Assembly (NCBI GenBank): GCA_963735595.1
Contig: CAVTLK010000001.1
Span: forward strand, 896,001 to 960,000
DNA: 64,000 nt
Direction of reading: 5' to 3'
Source of the DNA: an uncultured delta proteobacterium
GTDB lineage: Bacteria > Desulfobacterota > Zymogenia > Zymogenales > Zymogenaceae
Positions 52,649 through 62,419 of this stretch are shown one piece after another; the first letter of the stretch is position 1, and each line of letters begins with the position of its first letter. Below the pieces are notes generated by a model, which was not told where the DNA came from, searched no databases, and saw only the letters and a list, made by a program, of their open reading frames with translations. A program made the translations under genes and the position numbers.

Positions 52649-52714
52649 ATGTTGACATTCCGGCGCCAGTCTGATATTTTTACCTCCTCATACATCTATT
52701 CGAATCAATAGAAA

Positions 52715-52921
52715 ATGAAACTCGTCGGCGACCCCCAGGGTATTGAAGAACTGAAGTTCTTCAAAGAAAACGAAGACAAAAAAGAATACCTCAAATTGAT
52801 TCTCAATGAGGCGAAGACCAATACCGATTTCAAGACGCGTTTTAAGGATAGGGGAAGGCAAGAATTATTATATCCTCACCTACGACCCGGCCACGGGTGA
52901 TTTTAGCGTCAGAAGGAATGA
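52715..52921 (+). CDS. Small hypothetical protein, frameshifted; end uncertain
   Basis: MKLVGDPQGIEELKFF...KDR/EGKNYYILTYDP; TTGACA-17-TATTTT at 52652-52680. Confidence 0.45.
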
Positions 52922-53094
52922 GGCCAGCGACGCGGCAGGATTTTTCCAGATCCGGCGTCCGTGGAGGATAGACGAAGACGATATATACAGGAGCCGCGAA
53001 TGGCTCTTTTTTATTGGAGCTAACGTAAACCCATGTCCCGGTTACCCGACGTCCACGACGATGATCGTGATACGGCCGGCGGCGATCCCGACAC

Positions 53095-53755
53095 GTGCCC
53101 GACCGGCTCATGGAGATATACGACCGCCTCCTGATTGCGTTTCGGCCCCCAGCACTGGTGGCCGGCCGATACCCCCTTCGAGGTGGCGGTGGGGGCAATA
53201 CTCACCCAGAACACCAACTGGAAAAACGTCGAGCGGGCCGTGAAAACCTCAAGCGAGCAGGACATCCTTACGGTCGAGGGCATTGACGGTCTTGCCGAGG
53301 CGGAGCTTGCCGCGTTGATCCGGCCTTCCGGCTACTTTACCGTCAAGGCGCGCCGCCTGAAGAATTATATCGGACTATATCGCGGCGAATTACGGGGGAG
53401 ACTTCGCCGACTCGCTTCGACGGAGACGGCACCGAAAAGCGGCGTTGAGCTTCTCTCGGTATCCGGCATCGGCCCGGAGACCGCCGACAGCATACTGCTG
53501 TATGCCGGCGGCCACCCGACGTTCGTCGTCGATGCCTATACGAGGCGGGTCATGGCACAGGCACGGCTTGCCCCGGCGGACGCCCCGTACGAAGAGTTGC
53601 GCCGCCTGTTTATGGACAATCTCGCCCCCGACGTATCCCTCTTTAACGAGTATCACGCGCTGCTTGTCGCCGTGGGAAAGAACTTCTGCCGGCCGAAAGA
53701 ACCCCGGTGTGCGGGATGCCCGCTTGCAGACGACCGAAACGCTTCGGAAATATGA
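53095..53755 (+). CDS. Endonuclease III-related HhH-GPD glycosylase, frameshifted
   Basis: GPQHWWP..TPFEV.VGAILTQNTNW, GIGPETADSILLYA, FVVDAYT.R, EYHALLV, C-terminal Cys cluster. Confidence 0.88.
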
Positions 53756-54646
53756 CGGACAGAAAACCATCCGCCATACAAAACGGCCCGTTACCGGGCC
53801 TCGCCCCGGATCTCGAGGCCGGCGATATCGCCCGCTTTCGCGACACCGTCCTATCTCACTACCGCACCCACGGCCGGGACCTCCCCTGGCGCAGGACCCG
53901 CGACCCCTACCAGATTCTCGTCTCGGAGGTGATGCTCCAGCAGACGCAGGTGGGCCGCGTCCTCGAAAAATTCGAGCCGTTCGTCGAGCGTTTCGATGGT
54001 TTTTCGGCCCTTGCCGCCGCACCCCTGATCGAGGTCCTCTCCCATTGGAAGGGACTGGGCTACAACCGGCGGGCGCTCTACCTTGAAGGAGACGGCCCGT
54101 ATCGTTGTCGACCGCTACGCGGCGGCCGCTTGCGCCGATCTGCCGGACGAGCTCGTTAAACTCCCCGGCATAGGCGGCAACACCGCCGGGGCGATCGCCG
54201 CGTTTGCCTTCAACAGGCCCACCGTCTTCATCGAGACCAACATCCGCTCGGTCTTTATACATCATTTCTTCCCGGATACGGCCGATGTCAGGGACTCCCG
54301 GATTCTCCCCCTCGTCGACGCGACGCTCGACCGGGATAACCCGCGTGTCTGGTACTGGGCGCTCATGGACTACGGGACGATGCTGAAGGAAACGACCGCC
54401 AACCCGGGCCGCAGGAGTGCACACCATTCGAGACAATCGCCTTTCAAAGGCTCCGACCGGGAGATTCGGGGTGCGATCCTGAAGCAGTTGATAGGCGCGG
54501 GCGGGCCCGGGGCCTGCGGCGCGATGACCGAAACCGAGATCATCGCCGCACTGGCTATGGACCCGGAACGTATACGTAAGGTGCTTGCCCAGCTGATCGG
54601 CGAGGGGTTCATCATCAGGGAGCACGGACGCTGCCGGATCGCCTGA
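53752..54646 (+). CDS. mutY: A/G-specific adenine glycosylase, short MutY form, frameshift near 54083
   Basis: RDLPWR.T.DPY.ILVSEVMLQQTQV, W.GLGYN.RA, LPGIG..TA.AI, ETNIR, ALMDYG. Confidence 0.85.
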
Positions 54647-54761
54647 GCCCCGTTACGAGAGGCCGGGGACATACGTAAATCACGAAAGCTCACGTTTCGG
54701 TTGCCAAAAAAGTTGGTCCGTGCTACTATCGGGCAATCCATCCCATTATGCAGGTGTGACC

Positions 54762-55916
54762 ATGGCCCGGAAATACATCGTAAAAGCCGTTAAAATCATT
54801 GTGGTGTTTCTCGTCGTCGCACTTCTGATCCCGGCAGGCTTCGTCGTGGTCTCGGTCGTACGGCCGAACCGTTCGGTCGTCGCCGAAGGGCTCGGCATCG
54901 AGGTATGGCCGGCCGTTGCCGACGGCAGACACAACTCCAACACTGACCTCGTCTTTTTTAAGGATGCGTTCTGGCTCATTCACGCATCGGCCCCGTGGCA
55001 TTTCGCTTCTGAAACGACACGGCTCGTCTTATGGAAGTCGCCGGACGCCAGGACCTGGGAAAGGGTTGCCGAGTTCAGCAACCCCGGCCAGGATATCCGC
55101 GATCCGAAGCTCGTGGCTATCGGGGGCCGCCTCATCCTCTATGCCCTCAAGAATATCTCGTTCGAGGCAGAGCCCTACCTGACGGCGGCCGCCACAAGTG
55201 AGGACGGCGTTACGTGGACCGAATTTGTCGACATGGAACCGGGGGGCTGGCTCTTCTGGAGGCCCGAGACGCCCGACGGCGGCAAGACCTGGTACATGCC
55301 TGCGTATTGGCACGAACACGGCAAGTCGGTGCTCCTGATGTCCACGGACGGCCTTGCGTGGGGAATCAACTCCATCATCTATTCGGGAGACGTAAACGAC
55401 GAGACCGCGGTCATTTTCCTGCCGGACGGAATGATGCTTGCCACGGCGAGGCTGGAAGTGTCCGGGTATTACTTCGGCGATAACCGGGGCAACACGCTGA
55501 TTGCGACGGCGGAGCCCCCCTTTATGACATGGAGCTACCACCACAGCGATGTTACGAGGCTGGACGGCCCGGCGCTTTTTGCCTACAACGGCCGCGTCTA
55601 CGCCGTCGGGCGTTACCAGCCCGGCTGCAAATCCACCCCCTTTGAGACCGGCAGCATCCTGGCAAAGAAGAGGACCTCCCTCTTCCTGGTGGAGGAGGAC
55701 CGTCTCGTGTGGCTCTCCGACCTGCCGAGCGACGGCGACACGTCGTACGCCGGGGTCGTGGTTCGAGGGGACGAGGCCTACGTTTCATATTACACGAGCG
55801 GCATAAAGCGCGACTATCCCTGGATCATCGGGATGCTCCTGGAATCCGATATCATGATGGCGAAGATAGACCTCAAGAAGCTCGAGGCGCTGGCGGTGGA
55901 GCGTCTCGCACAATAG
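54762..55916 (+). CDS. Membrane-anchored Asp-box (BNR) beta-propeller, sialidase-like, copy 1
   Basis: N-terminal TM; SPDARTW, SEDGVTW, STDGLAW; DIRDPK; GDTSYAG. Confidence 0.8.
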   Translation: MARKYIVKAVKIIVVFLVVALLIPAGFVVVSVVRPNRSVVAEGLGIEVWPAVADGRHNSNTDLVFFKDAFWLIHASAPWHFASETTRLVLWKSPDARTWERVAEFSNPGQDIRDPKLVAIGGRLILYALKNISFEAEPYLTAAATSEDGVTWTEFVDMEPGGWLFWRPETPDGGKTWYMPAYWHEHGKSVLLMSTDGLAWGINSIIYSGDVNDETAVIFLPDGMMLATARLEVSGYYFGDNRGNTLIATAEPPFMTWSYHHSDVTRLDGPALFAYNGRVYAVGRYQPGCKSTPFETGSILAKKRTSLFLVEEDRLVWLSDLPSDGDTSYAGVVVRGDEAYVSYYTSGIKRDYPWIIGMLLESDIMMAKIDLKKLEALAVERLAQ

Positions 55917-55994
55917 CTGATCTTTCAATGAGTGCCACTTGTCAATCGTAGAAGAACGCTAATTGAGTATAACTACTACGCGAGGTATTGTACA

Positions 55995-57149
55995 ATGGGA
56001 CGATATATCGGAAAACTGGCGAAATGGCTGGGGACCGCAGTCCTGGTCGTTGTGTTGGCTATAGGTCTCATCGTTCTCTATTTCTATCTCAGGCCGAACA
56101 AATCCGTCATATCCGAGCAACTGGGCGTCGAGACGTGGCCCGCCGTGGCCGACGGGAGACATAATTCAAACACCGACATGATCTACTGGAAAGACGCCTT
56201 CTGGCTGATCCACGCGTCGGCCCCGTGGCATTTCGCTTCTGAAACGACACGGCTCGTCCTATGGAAGTCGGCGGACGCCAGGACCTGGGAAAAGGTCGCC
56301 GAGTTCCAAAATCCGGGGGAGGATATTCGCGACCCAAAATTCGCGGTGATCGACGGCATCCTCTTCATGTACTCCCTCAAGAACAAGAATTTCCCCGAAG
56401 CCGAGCCTTACTTCACCCTCGTAACATCGAGCCTCGACGGGATTGCCTGGGAGCCGACGGTGAGCGTCAATCAGGACGGCTGGCTCTTCTGGCGGCCGAA
56501 ATCACCCGACGGGGGTAAGACCTGGTACGTTGCCGCTTACTGGCACGAGCACGGTAAATCCATCCTGCTGAAATCGGCGGACGGGCTGACATGGGAAAAG
56601 GTCTCCGATATCTATACCGGAGACTTTAACGACGAGACGGACATAGAATTCCTTGCCGACGGAAGGCTGCTGGCCACGGCACGCCTCGAGGTGGCGGGCT
56701 ATTATTTCGGCGATAACCGGGGCAACACCCTTATCGCGGTGTCGCCCCCGCCCTACACGGAGTGGACCGAAAACCACAGCACCGTTACAAGGCTGGACGG
56801 TCCATACCTTTTTACTTACAACAACCGGGTCTATGCCGTCGGACGTTTTCAACCCGGCTGCAAATCCACCCCCTTTGAGACCGGCAGCATCCTGGCAAAG
56901 AAGCGGACCTCTCTCTTCCTCGTGGAGGAGGACCGTCTCGTGTGGCTCTCCGACCTGCCGAGCGACGGCGACACGTCGTACGCCGGGGTGGTCGTAAGGG
57001 GAGATGAGGCGTATGTGTCGTACTACACGAGCAATATAAAGCACGACTATCCCTGGATCATCGGGATGCTCTCGGAATCCGACATCATGATGGCAAAGAT
57101 AGATCTCAAGAAGCTCGAGGCCCTGGCGGTCGATATGGCGGCACGTTAG
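55995..57149 (+). CDS. Membrane-anchored Asp-box beta-propeller, copy 2
   Basis: Tandem paralog with long identical DNA blocks. Confidence 0.8.
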   Translation: MGRYIGKLAKWLGTAVLVVVLAIGLIVLYFYLRPNKSVISEQLGVETWPAVADGRHNSNTDMIYWKDAFWLIHASAPWHFASETTRLVLWKSADARTWEKVAEFQNPGEDIRDPKFAVIDGILFMYSLKNKNFPEAEPYFTLVTSSLDGIAWEPTVSVNQDGWLFWRPKSPDGGKTWYVAAYWHEHGKSILLKSADGLTWEKVSDIYTGDFNDETDIEFLADGRLLATARLEVAGYYFGDNRGNTLIAVSPPPYTEWTENHSTVTRLDGPYLFTYNNRVYAVGRFQPGCKSTPFETGSILAKKRTSLFLVEEDRLVWLSDLPSDGDTSYAGVVVRGDEAYVSYYTSNIKHDYPWIIGMLSESDIMMAKIDLKKLEALAVDMAAR

Positions 57150-57159
57150 AAAACGATAT

Positions 57160-57189
57160 GGGGCGCCCGACCGGGCGCCCCGTTTTTTT
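57160..57189 (+). terminator. Rho-independent terminator
   Basis: ggggcgcccg-ac-cgggcgcccc followed by a T7 run. Confidence 0.75.
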
Positions 57190-57237
57190 CGTCGCTCTGC
57201 TCCCTTCCGGCGGCCCAAACCCGGCCGTACGGTCCTT

Positions 57238-58662
57238 TCATTCCGACAGCGTTTCGGCAATCCCGTCCAGGTGCGCGATTGTTTCCCGTATATCCTGTTC
57301 GGTCGTATTCGGGTTGATCGCGCACATCCGAAGCACCGTCCTGCCCGAGAGCGTCGTCGAGCTCAGGAAGGCAAAACCGTCTTCGATGAGACACCCAACC
57401 ACAGACCGGTGCAGCCGGTCAACCTCGGCGGCCGTCCTGCCCTTCGCCGCCGCCCTAAAGGTCACGATACCCAGCTGGGCGGGCGTCACGACCTCCCAGT
57501 TGGGGGACCCCGTAATGATCCGCTCGGCGGTCTCGGCATTCTCAATGCCGACGGAGACCGCCTCCCGAACGGCGTTCAACCCGAATATCTTAAGGGTCAT
57601 CCACAACTTCAGCGCCCGAAATCCCCGGGTCAGCTGGATGCCGTAGTCACAGAAATTGAACGGCTCCGCGATCATCTCAGTATCCTTGAGATACTCCGGC
57701 AAAATGTGGAACGTATCTTTGAGGAACGCACCGTCCCGTACGATGACGCACCCGATCTCAAACGGGCAGAAGAGCCATTTATGGGGATCGACGGCAAGGG
57801 AATCGCAGTCCGAGAGCCCCGCCAGCAGCGCCTTTCCCCGTTCGGAAAGGATCGCCGCCGCCCCGTAGGCCCCGTCCACGTGAAGCCACATCCCTTCGTT
57901 CCTGGCAATCGCCGACAGCTCCCCCAGGGGGTCCACCGCGCCGGTATTGGTGGTCCCGGCATTGGCAACCACACAGAACGGCCTCTTCCCGTTTCCCCGG
58001 TCACGCGCGATCTCGGCCGAAAGGCGCGTGGGGTCGATTCGGAAATGCTCATCGGCACCGACTATTTTGATTTGGTCGGGGGCAAATCCCAGGACGCGAA
58101 GCGCCCGTATCACCGAGGAATGGGTTTGGTCGGAGAAATAGACGGTGCCGTCGCTGAAGTCGTCTCCGAGCAGACTAGTGCGCGCAGCCGCCAGCGCCGT
58201 CAGGTTGGCCGCCGAGCCGCCGCTGACAAAAAGCCCGCCCGCCTCCCGGGGCATCCCGAAGATCTCGCGTAGCCAGTCGATAGTGACGAGCTCTATCTCA
58301 GCGGCGGCGGGCCCCTCCAGCCACGTGCTTGCAAAGACGTTGAATCCGGAGGCCAGGGCGTCAGCCATCGCCCCGACAAAACCGCCGGGACCGGGGACAA
58401 AGGCAAAGAAGCGCGGATGATCCAGGTGCATGATTCCGGTGAGTATCTTCTCTTCAACGAATCTCAGGACCTCGTTCGGATCGGCTCCCGACTCCGGAAG
58501 CGGTTCCCTGAAGACACTATCGAGCTCGGACCTCGTCGCGCCTCCCGAAACGGGTTTTTGTCTGAGGTTCGTCAGGTGCTCGACGATGATATCCACGGCA
58601 CGATAACCGAGGCTTTTCATCTGTTCGGGGGTAAGAGAGAGACGCGGCTTATCGTCGGTCAT
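57238..58662 (-). CDS. Group II PLP-dependent (aromatic amino acid-type) decarboxylase
   Basis: HPRFFAFVP, SGGSAAN, HSSV, AGTTNTGAVD, WLHVDGAYG, DPHKW, RALKLW. Confidence 0.92.
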   Translation of the reverse strand: MTDDKPRLSLTPEQMKSLGYRAVDIIVEHLTNLRQKPVSGGATRSELDSVFREPLPESGADPNEVLRFVEEKILTGIMHLDHPRFFAFVPGPGGFVGAMADALASGFNVFASTWLEGPAAAEIELVTIDWLREIFGMPREAGGLFVSGGSAANLTALAAARTSLLGDDFSDGTVYFSDQTHSSVIRALRVLGFAPDQIKIVGADEHFRIDPTRLSAEIARDRGNGKRPFCVVANAGTTNTGAVDPLGELSAIARNEGMWLHVDGAYGAAAILSERGKALLAGLSDCDSLAVDPHKWLFCPFEIGCVIVRDGAFLKDTFHILPEYLKDTEMIAEPFNFCDYGIQLTRGFRALKLWMTLKIFGLNAVREAVSVGIENAETAERIITGSPNWEVVTPAQLGIVTFRAAAKGRTAAEVDRLHRSVVGCLIEDGFAFLSSTTLSGRTVLRMCAINPNTTEQDIRETIAHLDGIAETLSE

Positions 58663-58806
58663 GGTATGCCTCCCCGCGTGGATTTACATAGGAACACGAT
58701 CCGGCCAAGACCCGGGATTCTCGGCCATACGCGCTCGCGCGTATAGAAGGGTACGCGAAAGACAGGACGATTATCAGACACTTCCGGCGCTTTGTCAACA
58801 GATGCG

Positions 58807-58838
58807 AGACGCCGTCAGGGACTTCCCTGACGGCGTCT
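58807..58838. terminator. 14-bp-stem hairpin downstream of the hydrolase gene
   Basis: agacgccgtcaggg-actt-ccctgacggcgtct. Confidence 0.55.
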
Positions 58839-58916
58839 GATGCACAATCATCTAACGGTATAACCGATTGTCAGAACCGCTTTCTGTTCCGTTCGCAGTG
58901 GGTAAGCAGGGACGCG

Positions 58917-60096
58917 TCACGGGCGGTATTGCTTGTTGTTGTTCATCTCGTCCATCCAGGAGACGACGAACGAAAGGGCCAGCTCAATGTTCCCGACCTG
59001 GCAGTGGTTCTGGGCGGATTCGGCCTCTGTGAAGAGCCGGCAGGTCAGCGACCGCACGTTCGTGAGGGCCCGCGCCTGTTTGAAAAACATCTCGGTTGGT
59101 ATGAAGTGATCGTGAGTACCGCCCAGCAGGAGAAAATCCTGGGTAATGTGCCGTGATACGTCCCGCGTTGTGTATTTCATCGCTTCTTTGAAGTAAAGAT
59201 AGGGAGTCTTTACTCCAAAGACGTGCATCCCCTGATTGACCCCCCACGAGACAAACGGGTCACGCTTCATTCGCGCTCGCACGATCGCATTGATGAGGGG
59301 GGCGGCACGCAGAGCCACCAGTATCCTGATAACTGCCTCAAACGCCGGTCCCCGTACTGAGGCGATGCACCCGAGAAAGTCGTAGATCACGTCATAGGCG
59401 ACCACCCGTTTTATCCGCTTGTCGAAAGCGGCCGCCCGCGGCGCCAGGTAGCCGCCGAGGGAAATGCCCATGAGTGTTACATCGCTTAAACCATAGTGAT
59501 CAAGGATGACGCCCACCGGTCTTTCCCATTCGGGGGTCATGACAAGCCCGTAGTTCCTCAAACACGCCCCCTGGCCCGGCCCCTCGAATGCAATCACCTC
59601 ATAGCCGTGTTCACGAAAGTAGTCCATCAGGGGGTAGAGCTCTTCAATAAATGAGTCGAATCCGCCATGGGCGACGAGAACTCCCTTCTTTTTTCCGTTA
59701 ATCACCGGAAGCCTCATCACCGGGAGGTATCCGCTTTGATACCGCACTTTCTCCTGGATAATCTCGCCCCGGGAATATTCGGATGCGAGATTTTTGTGAA
59801 AGAGATCAATGAACTTCTCGTAGGCCTTCTGTTTGTCGGTATCCCCAATGGGCATGAAAAACTCCGCGAGTCGAAGGTAGACCGCCGCGTCGCCCCCTCT
59901 TCCGTCACGCTCGGCCGTCTCGGCAAGCGAAAGAAATTCACGTTTCCAATCGGAGAGGCTCCTCGATCCGATTGGCGGCCGATCTGATTTCGTCGATCCT
60001 TCCCCCACCGAAAGAAAGGGGCCGGTTGAGCTGAAAATTCATGTTAACTTCGTCGTGGAAGTGATAATACCCCATTTGAGCTTTAAACTGACTCAT
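58917..60096 (-). CDS. Alpha/beta hydrolase (FrsA / 2,6-dihydroxypseudooxynicotine hydrolase-like), frameshift near 60010
   Basis: Start MSQFKAQMGYYHFH..NMNFQLNR with GAGG RBS; GGFDS..EE, FEGPGQG, GISLGG, HDH, HCQ.GN. Confidence 0.85.
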
Positions 60097-60186
60097 AATT
60101 CCCTCCTCTGTACCGGTAGATCAACTCTCCGGTATCCGTACTGATTTTCGTACCATCACGCGGCGACAGCGTAGAAGGCCCAATAC

Positions 60187-60259
60187 ATGAACATTGTTCA
60201 TATACCATCTTGTACATCCACACCACCTGCTTGTCAAGAATATAATGAACCTTGTTCAT
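60187..60259. promoter_or_regulatory. Two palindromic operators ATGAAC-N3-GTTCAT
   Basis: atgaacattgttcat (60187-60201) and atgaaccttgttcat (60245-60259) between divergent hydrolase and TetR genes. Confidence 0.7.
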
Positions 60260-60329
60260 ATTTATTCTTGTCTCAGGTCGATTTCCATCGTATAATCTGG
60301 GTTACAGTCTATTGAAGGATTCCGTTCAG

Positions 60330-60971
60330 ATGGATGAAAACGCCCCGCGTGAAAGGAACAAGCCCGGAGCCAGGACCCCCGTTCAGCCGAGGGCTCAGGA
60401 GAAGCGGGACAGGGTTCTCAGCGCCGCTTTTGATCTCTTTTCCAGGCTCGGTTATGATGCGGTGGGGATGAGGGATATTGCCGCGGCGGCCGGCGTCTCA
60501 ATCGGGACCGTATATGCCTATTTTGTCGACAAGAAGAAGACGTTCGTTGAGGTATGCGCGCTCTATTCTGCGGAGCTCGAGCACAGTTTTTTCAACCACA
60601 TTGACGAAGATCTGCCCGACCATCCCGGTGTCGAGGAATTCGTATATGGTGTCATCCGGCGATTTTTTGACATCTTCCGTACCCATATCAATATACACCG
60701 GGACTGTGTGATCATGTCCCTTACGGACGATCAGGTACGGTCGGTCTATACCGCGCTGGAACGGCGCGGTGAAGAAACGGTCGTGGGCGCCTTTACCGAA
60801 CGTTTCGGGGATCGGATCGAGGTGAGGGATGCCGAAGCGGCACGGCTTGTCATCCATAAGACAATCGACGAGATCATCCAGTACCTACTATTCTATGAGG
60901 TTCCGGTAGATCGCGATCGCGTCTTTCGGGAGACGGCGCGTATGATCGCACGCTATCTGGAGAAACGGTGA
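60330..60971 (+). CDS. TetR/AcrR family regulator
   Basis: PVQ.RA..KR..VL.AA..LF...GY....MRDIAAAAGVSIGTVYAYF.DK. Confidence 0.92.
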   Translation: MDENAPRERNKPGARTPVQPRAQEKRDRVLSAAFDLFSRLGYDAVGMRDIAAAAGVSIGTVYAYFVDKKKTFVEVCALYSAELEHSFFNHIDEDLPDHPGVEEFVYGVIRRFFDIFRTHINIHRDCVIMSLTDDQVRSVYTALERRGEETVVGAFTERFGDRIEVRDAEAARLVIHKTIDEIIQYLLFYEVPVDRDRVFRETARMIARYLEKR

Positions 60972-61063
60972 GACACCGGTGAGGGGATTAGGCGGGCTGA
61001 GCAAAAACCGCATCCGCTCCCGGACGTTTCCGGGAGAGCTATACGGGTTGGACGCGTCCCCCA

Positions 61064-61507
61064 TCAAGCAAGCCTGCTGACCAGCAGGACCGCGGAGTTT
61101 GGTCAGAGTCCACAGAATTCGCTCGTCTGCCGTATCGGCAGCGGTGCGCGGTCCCTCGGGATCCGCTCAAACCCGAGCCCCTCGAAAAAAGCCGCCGCAG
61201 TCATGGTCAGGAGATAGAGCTCCCGGACACCCGCCTGCCGCGCGTGGTGGATAAGCCCCCGTACGACGGCCTGGCCGTATCCCCTGTTTCGCTCCCCCTG
61301 CGTCACCGCCAGCGACCGTAAGAGCCCGTATTCCCCGAGAATTTCCACCCCGCCTGCCCCGACGACCGATCCGTCGGCGCGGGCCAGAAAAAGAGAACCC
61401 CGCTTTTCGGGAATATCGGATGAGGGAAGCCCGTTCTCCTCGAGCAGGGCCATGATAAACGGGACATCTCGCTCAGTGGCCGGGGCCAAAACTATTCCAC
61501 GCCTCAC
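61064..61507 (-). CDS. ArsN2-like GNAT N-acetyltransferase, probable selenoprotein (UGA at 61103-61105 read as Sec; 147 aa)
   Basis: LL...GLP..D, GLLRSLAV....R.RGYG, LYLLT.TA..FF...GF, EFCGL-[TGA]-PNSAVLLVSRLA*. Confidence 0.8.
61068..61093 (-). promoter_or_regulatory. Putative bacterial SECIS element
   Basis: GCGG-U(bulge)-CCUGCU-GGUC-AGCAGG-CUUGC; apical loop starts 21 nt after the UGA. Confidence 0.7.
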
Positions 61508-61622
61508 GTTTTCCCCCTCTCATCGCCGTCTGGTGTCTTTTGTTCGGCTACCGGCGCAGTATAGCACACCCGTCACGGAGGCGCCATTAAAACAAAATCC
61601 CTCATCGGGCAAATATCTCGTA

Positions 61623-61651
61623 TTGACAATTCAGCGGGACTGCGCTATAGT
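61623..61651 (+). promoter_or_regulatory. Sigma70 promoter of the HAD phosphatase gene
   Basis: TTGACA-17 bp-TATAGT. Confidence 0.6.
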
Positions 61652-61727
61652 TCGAAAACTTTCGCGTATATCGGCCGGGCCGGGTAAACGGCCTAAAGAA
61701 CTCATTCATTCACGACAAAAGGCGCCA

Positions 61728-62381
61728 ATGGAAAAGAAAAACCATAGAAAAGAAGTTGATCTGTTTCTCTTTGACCTGGATGGAACCCTGTCCGATTCCA
61801 AGAAAGACCTCGTGACGGCGATAAATAAAACCCTGGTTACCATGGGCTTTCCGGAGCTTCCCGAGGAAACCATCATCACGCTTGTCGGCAAGGGGGTGTC
61901 AAAGCTCCTTTCGAACTTTTCCGGCGACCCCTCAACGAAATTCGAAACCTACCGCGTCTACATGGAACAGCTCGATAAACACCTTCTGGACACCACCAAG
62001 CCGTTTCCCGGTGTTTTGGAGACGCTTTCGTCTATCACCAAGAAAAAGGCGGTAGTGACCAATAAGCTCTCGGCAATGGCCGAACGGGTTGTCGTCGGCC
62101 TGGGTATCGCCGATGAGATCGACTTCATCGTCGGGGCCGATACCGCCCAGAGTATGAAGCCGAATCCCGAACCGATTATCTTTGCCCTCAAGCAGTTCGG
62201 GGTTGAGCCGTCCCGCACCGTCATGGTGGGCGACACCATTGATGACATCACGGCCGCAAAGGCGGCGGGTGTTATTCCGTGCGGCGTCACGTACGGGTTT
62301 GGCACCAGACAGGACCTCGCGGACGCCGGGGCCGAGATCATCATCGAGGATATTTCCGAACTGCCCGCCCACTTTCAATAA
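61728..62381 (+). CDS. HAD-IA phosphatase (phosphoglycolate phosphatase-like)
   Basis: FDLDGTL.DS, VVTNK, KPNP, MVGD..DD..AAKAAG, GVTYGFG. Confidence 0.9.
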   Translation: MEKKNHRKEVDLFLFDLDGTLSDSKKDLVTAINKTLVTMGFPELPEETIITLVGKGVSKLLSNFSGDPSTKFETYRVYMEQLDKHLLDTTKPFPGVLETLSSITKKKAVVTNKLSAMAERVVVGLGIADEIDFIVGADTAQSMKPNPEPIIFALKQFGVEPSRTVMVGDTIDDITAAKAAGVIPCGVTYGFGTRQDLADAGAEIIIEDISELPAHFQ

Positions 62382-62419
62382 CTCTTGATTTGTTCGGGCG
62401 CCCACGTTATACTGCTCAC

